Source: a virus (lineage: Duplodnaviria > Caudoviricetes). From it: DNA of 28,944 nt. The notes beneath the pieces were generated by a model. The model was not told the origin of the DNA, searched no databases, and saw only the letters and a list, made by a program, of their open reading frames with translations. The position numbers and the translations under genes are program-made. Below are positions 7,462-14,581 of the stretch, one piece after another (the stretch's first letter is position 1; the number at the start of each line of letters is the position of its first letter). Location of the stretch: IMG/VR virus record IMGVR_UViG_3300042857_000007, positions 1 through 28,944 of that record; one strand, given 5' to 3'.

Positions 7462-8384
7462 GACAGCCGCAGCTTGGTGGCGCTGGTGCCCACGGCGGTG
7501 CCAAGGTGCACCTTGTTGCCCGCCGCCATGCCCGCCTCACGGGCGCTCAGGCTGCCGCTGGTGGCCACGGTGGTGGTCTTGGCCTTGCGCAGCTTGTGGT
7601 CACCCCACTGCTCAGCCACCACGGCGTTCTTGACCACCATCAGGCTCTGGCCGGTGGTGGTGACCAGCGTTTCCGTATGCCGCGCCTTCAGCATTTCCCT
7701 GATACGGGCGCTGACACGCGCCGTGTAGGCCAGCATGAAGTCATTGCGGGTGCGGCGGTGGTTGACGGCACGGGTGGCCTTGAAGGCGTCATAGCCACGG
7801 TCAGCCGCGCCCTCAATGACCCGCATCAGGTAGGTGGCCACTTCAACGTCAGCCGGGAGGCCGAAGAAGATGATCTGCCCTGTGCCGGTCTTGTGGTAGA
7901 CAATGCAGGCGCAGTAATCGGCAATGGCCTTGGCGCACCACTGGCTGGGGTGCGGCCGGGCGCGGTGCGCGCCGTGAATGCCGCTTTCACACTGTTCGGC
8001 CTTGATCTGGGTTTCAGACTGCTCAATGCCGTACTTGTCCATGAGTTCACCGGCCTTGGCAGCGGCGGCCATGGCCTCCTCTTCGGTACAGCCGTTCTCA
8101 ATGGTCTTGTTGAGCAAGGCCCTGATGCGGTTGACGGCGGCGCTGCGGTTGGCGGTGGGCGCTGCGGCGGTGGCGGCGCTGAAGCTGCTTTCACCGGCCG
8201 GTATGGCGATGAAGCCGCGCTTTTCGTCCCAGTGCAGGTCTTCACGCGTGCCACCGGCACGCAGGTATTCGCCCGGCGTCATGCCGTCTTTGTAGAGGTT
8301 GAAGCGGTGCCATGCCTTGCTGCCCACCTTCTTGGGGTTGGGCACCAGCACGCGTATGCGGGCAATAGGGGTCTTGAAGGCCAT
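7458..8384 (-). CDS. DUF2786-domain protein with N-terminal 'NPKK' module
   Basis: NRIRALLNKT...TEEEAMAAAAKAGELMDKYGI is the DUF2786 signature, followed by IFFG...DVEVA.Y and terminal G..AG motifs; GGAG RBS. Confidence 0.85.
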   Translation of the reverse strand: MAFKTPIARIRVLVPNPKKVGSKAWHRFNLYKDGMTPGEYLRAGGTREDLHWDEKRGFIAIPAGESSFSAATAAAPTANRSAAVNRIRALLNKTIENGCTEEEAMAAAAKAGELMDKYGIEQSETQIKAEQCESGIHGAHRARPHPSQWCAKAIADYCACIVYHKTGTGQIIFFGLPADVEVATYLMRVIEGAADRGYDAFKATRAVNHRRTRNDFMLAYTARVSARIREMLKARHTETLVTTTGQSLMVVKNAVVAEQWGDHKLRKAKTTTVATSGSLSAREAGMAAGNKVHLGTAVGTSATKLRLS

Positions 8385-8435
8385 ATCAGTTCTCCAGAGG
8401 TTGAAAAAGGCGCAGCCGGGTGGCCGCGCCTCAGT

Positions 8436-8469
8436 GTTCTAGCACGACTATCGTGCCGGTGTAAAGCGA
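8436..8469 (-). promoter_or_regulatory. Early promoter family member
   Basis: TCGCTTTACA-N18-TGcTAGAAC; the spacer is a palindrome (gcacga-tag-tcgtgc). Confidence 0.65.
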
Positions 8470-8471
8470 GT

Positions 8472-8861
8472 TTATGCGCAGCGGGCCTCAAGCACGTCAA
8501 GCTTGGGCTTGATGGCATCATAGATGCTGTTGGCCAGAGCGTTGTCAGTGTAATCCGCAATCACGTCATAGCCGTCATTGCCGTAGACCAGCATGAAGCT
8601 GGCGCTGGCGGTGCCGTCAGCGGTGCGGGCGCGCAGGGTGTCTTGGTCAGTGCTGGCCAGCGCGCACATGATGGCGTGGCGGTCTTGGCTGCCCTTCAGG
8701 CACCACTCACCACCGTCATGCACGCTGACGTTGAGGTTGCGGCGCAGGCATTCAACCACAAGGTAGCTGCAAGCCTGCTGCTCACTGAGCAGACGCTTGG
8801 CCAGATCATGGTGGCCGTTGGTGGTGGCACGTTCAGCGTAGGTGGTAAAAGCGGTTTTCAT
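8472..8861 (-). CDS. Hypothetical early protein (LVYGNDGYDVIADY motif)
   Basis: First gene of the minus-strand cluster; coherent codon usage. Confidence 0.8.
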   Translation of the reverse strand: MKTAFTTYAERATTNGHHDLAKRLLSEQQACSYLVVECLRRNLNVSVHDGGEWCLKGSQDRHAIMCALASTDQDTLRARTADGTASASFMLVYGNDGYDVIADYTDNALANSIYDAIKPKLDVLEARCA

Positions 8862-8922
8862 TGGTTCAGACCTTGTGTTGGTTGGTGTTGCGGGCTGCCG
8901 GGGGCACCCCCAATGAAGGTCG

Positions 8923-8951
8923 CTTTTAGCTCAAAGGGATATGCAGGTCAA
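8923..8951 (-). promoter_or_regulatory. Putative sigma70-type promoter of the early cluster
   Basis: TTGACC-N17-TAAAAG, preceded by GC. Confidence 0.55.
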
Positions 8952-9030
8952 GGGGCCTCAAACCGAATTGTAACACTATAATGCGTATACGTGAGAAGCC
9001 TTTTTGTCAGAGCACAAAAATTTTCATTTC

Positions 9031-9121
9031 AGTGTAAACAGTGTGAACAGTGTGAACAAGGACATAAATAATCATGCGGGCGCAGGGGTTAGGTTTTTCA
9101 CATTCACTTCACACTTCACAC
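9031..9121. repeat. Opposed arrays of short repeats in an AT-rich divergent intergenic region
   Basis: AGTGTAAAC/AGTGTGAAC/AGTGTGAAC (9031-9057) facing TTCACA/TTCAC/TTCACAC/TTCACAC (9097-9121). Confidence 0.8.
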
Positions 9122-9173
9122 ACATACGCATTATAGGGGGTTGGTATCCCCCGGTTGAGGCTAAAGTCCGCTG

Positions 9174-9203
9174 TTGCCAAGACCCCGGCTCTGCGCCTAT
9201 GCT
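9174..9203 (+). promoter_or_regulatory. Putative terS promoter (leaderless transcript)
   Basis: TTGCCA-N18-TATGCT-gccgcc-ATG(9210); no SD before the ATG. Confidence 0.55.
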
Positions 9204-9209
9204 GCCGCC

Positions 9210-9713
9210 ATGCCGCGCCGCCCACCGCAAGTGATGATCTACCAGCCCCGGTGGGGTGATGATGATTACATGCACAGGCCCAAGGACTTTGATCCCGGCA
9301 TAGCGCTGGCCATCATTGAGCGCATCATGAACGGTGAAACGCTCAACGCGGTTTGCAGCAATAATCGTGATTACCCGCTACCCGGCACGTTCCTGTTGTG
9401 GCTTGAGCAAGAGCCTGACATCAACGCCCGCTACCGCAGGGCCAAGGCCATTCAGACTGAGTTGCTGGTTGACGGCATGCTGGAAGACGGCAAGGCCGGT
9501 ACGTGGGATGCCAACGTGCGCATGCAGGCAGGCAAAGCCTACGTGGAAAAGACTGACCCCGCCCGCTACGGGCCAAAGGCCATGGTGTTCAACATGCCAG
9601 CGCCTGAGCCAGACCAGCCCAAGACTGACGCGGCGGCCAGCGTCAGGGCCAAGGTCAATCAGATGGTTGACCGCATGAATGCCCGTAAACGCAAGACAGA
9701 GGAAGCCAGCTAA
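9210..9713 (+). CDS. terS: Terminase small subunit (Sf6 gp1-like)
   Basis: IIERIMNGETLNAVC...P...TFLLWL.....ARYRRAK...P.RYG pattern; first gene of the packaging operon. Confidence 0.85.
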   Translation: MPRRPPQVMIYQPRWGDDDYMHRPKDFDPGIALAIIERIMNGETLNAVCSNNRDYPLPGTFLLWLEQEPDINARYRRAKAIQTELLVDGMLEDGKAGTWDANVRMQAGKAYVEKTDPARYGPKAMVFNMPAPEPDQPKTDAAASVRAKVNQMVDRMNARKRKTEEAS

Positions 9714-10186
9714 TGCCAGTCACCCTGCGCACCACCAACCGCGCCATCCAGCGCTTTGAGCCGGTCTACCACGGCAAGGGCAAGCACGCCTACGGCATCA
9801 AGCGCATCGGCAATGTCTACCGCGCCTACCGCATGAACAGCAGCCGGTACACCGGCATGAGCGCCAAGCAGGCAGATCACCCCACCAAGGCGGCGGCGCT
9901 GGCGTGGTGCCAGTCTGACTATGGCGTGGTGCGGCCGGGCACCATTGCGCCCACAACCACCACGGCCAGCTTTGTGCAGCCTGCCATAGGGGCCACGGTG
10001 CCTGTTCTGGTGACCAGCGCGGCCGGGCTGGTGGTGGGTCAGAACGTGACAATCGGCTCAGGCGGCAAGTATGAGATCACGGCCATTGCCGGGCTGAGCA
10101 TCACCTGCAAGAACCTTGGCACGGGTTCCATACCGGGCGTCACCATACCGACGGCGCAGGCGTTCACGGTGGTGGGCGCTTGGTGA
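9713..10186 (+). CDS. Hypothetical two-part protein: basic N-half and beta-rich T/V/G/A C-half (possible virion component)
   Basis: TAATG coupling to terS; TTTASFVQPAIGATVPV...GQNVTIGSGGKY resembles structural beta modules. Confidence 0.65.
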   Translation: MPVTLRTTNRAIQRFEPVYHGKGKHAYGIKRIGNVYRAYRMNSSRYTGMSAKQADHPTKAAALAWCQSDYGVVRPGTIAPTTTTASFVQPAIGATVPVLVTSAAGLVVGQNVTIGSGGKYEITAIAGLSITCKNLGTGSIPGVTIPTAQAFTVVGAW

Positions 10187-10470
10187 ACTTGGTGAACCTG
10201 CGGGCGGTTGATGCAGCGCCTGAGCCGCCAGCACAGCCGCCGCAGCCGGTCTACGTGGTCAAGGTGGCCATTCTCACGCCCAAGGGCAGGCTGCTGGGTT
10301 GCCTTGAGCGGCCATGGTCGGGGCCTGAGACAATCGGTGACTTGTGCAACAACCTGATTGCGGTGAATAAGGAACGTGCAGACCTAGACCATTGCCGCAT
10401 TGAGGTGCGCTGGGTGCGGCAGCGGTCTACACCAGATCACCCTGAGGCTGGTTCAGGCAACAGCGAATGA
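10180..10470 (+). CDS. Hypothetical protein
   Basis: Overlaps the upstream stop codon; exact start uncertain. Confidence 0.5.
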   Translation: MVNLVNLRAVDAAPEPPAQPPQPVYVVKVAILTPKGRLLGCLERPWSGPETIGDLCNNLIAVNKERADLDHCRIEVRWVRQRSTPDHPEAGSGNSE

Positions 10471-10539
10471 GCAAGCCCTGTGGGTGATGGCGCTAAAGGC
10501 AAGCTTCTGGCCCAGCCCGGCTGCAAGGCCGGGCACCCA

Positions 10540-10854
10540 TCAGTGGCGCAGGTTGAGGCCGGGCACCTTGATGCGGGTGCGCTTGCGCGCCTCCCTGATA
10601 TCAGCCCAGCCGCAGTAGATGCCCAAGGCTTTCTCCAGTGACAGCACAAGGCTGTTCACGTCATCGGGGCACGCCACGTCATCAGGTGACCATGGCGTGT
10701 AGGGCCGCGCCTCTGTGCTTTTGATGAGCGGCACGGGGCCGTTGCCACCATCCAGCACCAGCACAAAGCTGACCAGCAATGTGGCCTCCCCGGTTGGGGT
10801 GGTGCCGGGCTGGTCTGGCATGCGGTATAGCATCAGCGAGAGTTTCTTGCGCAC
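10540..10854 (-). CDS. Hypothetical protein on the opposite strand between terS and terL
   Basis: AAGGAG RBS and its own early-type promoter. Confidence 0.65.
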   Translation of the reverse strand: MRKKLSLMLYRMPDQPGTTPTGEATLLVSFVLVLDGGNGPVPLIKSTEARPYTPWSPDDVACPDDVNSLVLSLEKALGIYCGWADIREARKRTRIKVPGLNLRH

Positions 10855-10879
10855 GGTAAGTATACTCCTTCAAGTCAGA

Positions 10880-10913
10880 GTAATAACCTCCCGTTTGCAT
10901 AAATGTAAAGCGA
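10880..10913 (-). promoter_or_regulatory. Early promoter family member
   Basis: TCGCTTTACA-N18-TATTAC. Confidence 0.6.
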
Positions 10914-10950
10914 CCCACCGGGCTACGTAACGTAAATGATCACACGTCAG

Positions 10951-10979
10951 TTGCAATCAGGCGCGTTGGAATGTAGCTT
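10951..10979 (+). promoter_or_regulatory. Putative sigma70-type promoter for the sRNA and/or terL
   Basis: TTGCAA-N17-TAGCTT. Confidence 0.55.
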
Positions 10980-10985
10980 GTGCGC

Positions 10986-11079
10986 AGGGCTGTAATGGCC
11001 CAGAGGCTTAACAGCCTCCAGCCGCCCCCGTGGCATTGTACTCCTATCCAGAGGTTGACGCGGGGGTGGCTGTTATTAT
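10986..11079 (+). ncRNA. Candidate three-hairpin small RNA with an anti-Shine-Dalgarno loop
   Basis: Hairpins 10987-11001, 11003-11018 and 11019-11072 (14-bp stem, two G-U pairs); loop GCAUUGUACUCCUAUCCAGAGGUUGA; followed by UUAUUAU. Confidence 0.6.
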
Positions 11080-11118
11080 CATCATTTACCTTTCTGAGGG
11101 GGTAAAGGATCATATACT

Positions 11119-12546
11119 TTGAACGCCAACGTAGCCGTGGCGTCGTTGCTTGCTGAAATGCCCGCTCATGAGCGGGAAATCTTTTTTATGGGCCTTTCAC
11201 CTGAAGAGGCTGACTATCTGCTGTATGATTGGTCCTTTTGGGGCCGCCCAAGTCAGCAGGAGCCGCCCGGTGACTGGGCCGTCTGGGCCGCGCTGGCGGG
11301 CCGGGGCTACGGCAAGACACGCATGGGCAGTGAGTGGGTGCGGGCCATGATGTGTGGGCCTACGCCCATGGCGCGTGGTCGCTGCGGGCACATGGCGCTG
11401 GTGGCTGAGACAGCCGCCGATGCCCGTGATGTCATGGTGCAGAGCGCTGGCGGCATACTGAAGTGCCACCCACCTGAGTTCAGGCCCATCTACAAGCCCA
11501 GCCTGCGGCGTCTGGAGTGGCCCAACGGGGCCACGGCGCACACCTATAGCGCGGATGACCCTGAGCAGTTGCGCGGGCCTGAGCATGAGGCCGCTTGGTC
11601 AGATGAGTTGGCCAAGTGGCGCTATGCCCAAGAAACGTGGGACATGCTGCAATTTGGCCTGCGGGTGGGTGATAACCCCAAGCAGCTTGTCACCACGACC
11701 CCGCGCCCCATACCCCTGATCAAGGAACTGCTTGAGGCCCCCGACACCTACATCACGCGGGGCAGCACCTACGAAAACTATGAGAACCTAAGCCCGGCCT
11801 TCATCAAAAAGATGGAGACGCGCTATGAGGGCACGCGGCTGGGCAGGCAGGAACTGCACGCTGAGGTGCTTGATGACGTGCCGGGCGCGCTCTGGACCCG
11901 CCGCATGCTTGAGACGCGCAGCGCCACCAACCCCAACGGGGCGGGCATGCGCAAGGGCGAGGACCTGCCAGACATGGTGCGGGTGACGGTGGGCGTTGAC
12001 CCGTCTGGTACGTCAGGTGAAATCAGCATGCGCCGCACTGAGGTGCGCGGTGGTGACCATGAGGATGAGGCCGGTGATGACATCGGCATTGTGGCGGCGG
12101 GCCTTGGTGATGACGGCATGATCTACGTGCTGGATGACGCCACGGTGAACTGGGGGCCTGCTGACTGGGCGCGCCGCGTGGTGCAGACCTACAAGAACCA
12201 TGAGGCAGACATGATCGTGGGTGAGGCCAACTTTGGCGGGGCCATGGTTGAGCATACCATCCGCACTGTTGACCGCAGGGTGCCGTACCGCGCCGTGCAT
12301 GCAAGCCGGGGCAAGGCAGTGCGTGCAGAACCCATTGCGGCGTTGTATGAACAGGGCCGCGTGCGCCACGTCTATGGCAAGCCCCTGAGCAAGCTAGAGG
12401 ACCAGATGATCTACATGACCCAGCGCGGCTATGAGGGTGCGGGCAGTCCTGACAGGCTTGACGCGGCGGTGTGGGCCATCACTGACCTGATGTTTGGCAA
12501 GAGCGCCAGAGGCGGCACCGTGGCGCTGCGCGGAGGGCACCACTGA
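11119..12546 (+). CDS. terL: Terminase large subunit (Terminase_6 type)
   Basis: Walker A AGRGYGKT, LRGP, Walker B AAWSDE, TTTP, nuclease VGVDP and SPDRLDA; TTG start. Confidence 0.97.
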   Translation: MNANVAVASLLAEMPAHEREIFFMGLSPEEADYLLYDWSFWGRPSQQEPPGDWAVWAALAGRGYGKTRMGSEWVRAMMCGPTPMARGRCGHMALVAETAADARDVMVQSAGGILKCHPPEFRPIYKPSLRRLEWPNGATAHTYSADDPEQLRGPEHEAAWSDELAKWRYAQETWDMLQFGLRVGDNPKQLVTTTPRPIPLIKELLEAPDTYITRGSTYENYENLSPAFIKKMETRYEGTRLGRQELHAEVLDDVPGALWTRRMLETRSATNPNGAGMRKGEDLPDMVRVTVGVDPSGTSGEISMRRTEVRGGDHEDEAGDDIGIVAAGLGDDGMIYVLDDATVNWGPADWARRVVQTYKNHEADMIVGEANFGGAMVEHTIRTVDRRVPYRAVHASRGKAVRAEPIAALYEQGRVRHVYGKPLSKLEDQMIYMTQRGYEGAGSPDRLDAAVWAITDLMFGKSARGGTVALRGGHH

Positions 12547-14165
12547 TGGCCAAGTCAACGCTGAAGGTGGTCAAGCCTGAGCCGGAGCCTATCAAGGGCA
12601 ACGTCAAGGAAAAGCACCCTGATCTGGCCATGATCTGGGAGGACTGGCAAGAATGCCGTGACACGGTGGCCGGGGCCACTACCATCAAGAGCAGGGGCGA
12701 GGCCTACCTGCCCATGCCCAGCGGCTTCAAGGGTAGCACCGCGCCGCAGGTCATGTATGACGCCTACAAGAAGCGGGCGCAGTTCCCTGACATGGTGGCA
12801 CCCACCATTCAGGGCATGCTGGGCATCATCCACCAGTCAGAGGCGCAGATTGAGGGCCTTGATGAGGGCACCGCGCTGGCTGACATGTGGGAAAACGCCA
12901 CGCCTGACGGCCTGACGCTTGAGGCGCTGCACCGCAAGATCACTGAGGAGATTTTGACGGTGGGCCGGGTGGCGCTGCTGGTTGACCTGCCGCCTGAGGG
13001 CGGTGAACTGCCGTGGATTGCCTTCTACCGGGCAGAAAGCCTGATCAACTGGTCTGAAAGCCGGAACTTCTTTGTGCTGGAAGAAGATTACCGAGTACGC
13101 AACGGCTATTCTTGGGAAGGCAAGCAACGCTACCGGGTGCTTGAACTGGTGGATGATACCTATCAGGTGCAGGTGCTGGCTGAAGACGGCACGCCGCTGA
13201 CTGAAAATGATGACACCACTGACCAAGACGTGGCTGAGGGCGTTGCCACCAGCGTGGTGGTGCCGCAGGCGCGGGGCGGTGACCAGTTGGGTGAGATACC
13301 GCTGGTGATTGCTGGCAGCCGCGACCTGAGCCTGCCCCCTGACCAGATACCGCTCATAGGCGTGGTGCGCAGCGCCAGCGCCATCTACCGGCTTGACGCA
13401 GACTACCGACACCAGCTTTTCATGAGCGGGCAGGAGACCTTGTTCTATATTGGGCTGGATAAAGCTGACGTGCCTGACTACGTGGGCGCTGGCGTGGGTA
13501 TAGCCATACCTGAGGGCGGCGATGCCAAGTACGTAGGCCCCAGCGGCAGCGGCATTGCCGCCCACAAGACAGCCATTGAGGATGAGCGGGCCAATGCCGC
13601 TGAGGCAGGCAGCCGCATGTTTGCGGTGGGTGACAAGAAGGCGGCTGAAAGCGGTGAGGCCCTGCGCATACGGGCGCGGGCTGGCAGCGCCACCCTTATC
13701 AGCGTGGCGCAGACATCAGCGGCGGCGCTTGAGAAGGCGCTGCGCTACTGCGCGCTCTTGGTGGGTGAAGACCCGGAAGAGGTAATAGTAAAACCCAACC
13801 TTGGCTTCCTTGACAGTGACATGACCGCTGAAGAGGCCAACAAGATGACAGAACTGTGGATGAACAAGGTCATCAGCTATGAAACCCTGTACAACAATCT
13901 TCAGCGTGGCCGCATTGCATCGGAGGAGCGAACCGCAGAGGAGGAGCAAGAGTTGGTGGCTGAAGAGGAATCTGCGGCAGTACCCGAAGGTGATGTGGCA
14001 ACTAGCGGGGGAACTGAAGTGCCGTTGGCTGTGGACCTGTCAGAGGGCACCGGCACAGATGAGTACGGCCCGGTAAGCCAAGCTGAGATTGATGAACTGT
14101 TTGCGCCTGAAGAGATTACGCCGCCTGAGCCTGAGCCTGAGCCTGAAGGGGGAGTGCAGCCATGA
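12546..14165 (+). CDS. Portal protein (DUF4055-type)
   Basis: Directly after terL; YLP.P, Y.AY..RA.F and ESGEALRIR motifs; acidic tail. Confidence 0.9.
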   Translation: MAKSTLKVVKPEPEPIKGNVKEKHPDLAMIWEDWQECRDTVAGATTIKSRGEAYLPMPSGFKGSTAPQVMYDAYKKRAQFPDMVAPTIQGMLGIIHQSEAQIEGLDEGTALADMWENATPDGLTLEALHRKITEEILTVGRVALLVDLPPEGGELPWIAFYRAESLINWSESRNFFVLEEDYRVRNGYSWEGKQRYRVLELVDDTYQVQVLAEDGTPLTENDDTTDQDVAEGVATSVVVPQARGGDQLGEIPLVIAGSRDLSLPPDQIPLIGVVRSASAIYRLDADYRHQLFMSGQETLFYIGLDKADVPDYVGAGVGIAIPEGGDAKYVGPSGSGIAAHKTAIEDERANAAEAGSRMFAVGDKKAAESGEALRIRARAGSATLISVAQTSAAALEKALRYCALLVGEDPEEVIVKPNLGFLDSDMTAEEANKMTELWMNKVISYETLYNNLQRGRIASEERTAEEEQELVAEEESAAVPEGDVATSGGTEVPLAVDLSEGTGTDEYGPVSQAEIDELFAPEEITPPEPEPEPEGGVQP

Positions 14166-14581
14166 GCATGCCCGGTGACTACCCGCTGGAAATCTACCAC
14201 GGTGACAGCTATCACTGGCAGTTCAAGCTGTGGATTGATGAGGCCAAGACGCAGGCGCTTGACCTGACGGGCGCGGTGGTCAAGGCTGAAATCCGTGACA
14301 AGCCTGCCGGGCTGGCCATCTTTCCCCTAGACTGTGAGGTGAGCCTGCCCAACATCATTGAGGCCATTCTACCGGCCAGCCTGAGTGACACGCTGCCCAT
14401 TGCCTCTGACATGGTGTGGGATATTCAGATAACCTTTCCAGACGGTAGCGTGAACACGTTGCTGTCAGGCAAGGTCAAGGTCACGCAGGATGTCACTGAC
14501 GCTGTTGACCCCGGCGCAGCGCGCAGCGGCGGCACGGTGAAGGTGATGCAGCCCCAGTTGGTGAGGGCACCGCGCAGATGA
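14162..14581 (+). CDS. Putative virion structural or fibre-attachment protein
   Basis: LEIYHGDS...[14 protein letters not shown]...WDIQ...TLLSGKV beta-sandwich pattern typical of proteins preceding fibre genes. Confidence 0.65.
   Translation: MSMPGDYPLEIYHGDSYHWQFKLWIDEAKTQALDLTGAVVKAEIRDKPAGLAIFPLDCEVSLPNIIEAILPASLSDTLPIASDMVWDIQITFPDGSVNTLLSGKVKVTQDVTDAVDPGAARSGGTVKVMQPQLVRAPRR

Noticed and set aside
2458-8981. Long + strand ORFs 2458..3321, 3337..4089, 3956..5524 and 7506..8981
   Set aside because: Antisense shadows of the coupled minus-strand genes; no RBS or motifs; long shadow frames are expected at this GC content
9031-9121. Short repeat arrays as a possible CRISPR or mini-array
   Set aside because: Units are 5-9 bp with no spacers, and no cas genes are present
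10947-11036. 29-aa minus-strand ORF (MPRGRLEAVKPLGHY...) with a perfect GGATAGGAG RBS
   Set aside because: Not listed as a CDS because the surrounding stems have G-U pairs that favour a + strand RNA and I saw no clear minus-strand promoter; kept as the main alternative to the sRNA model
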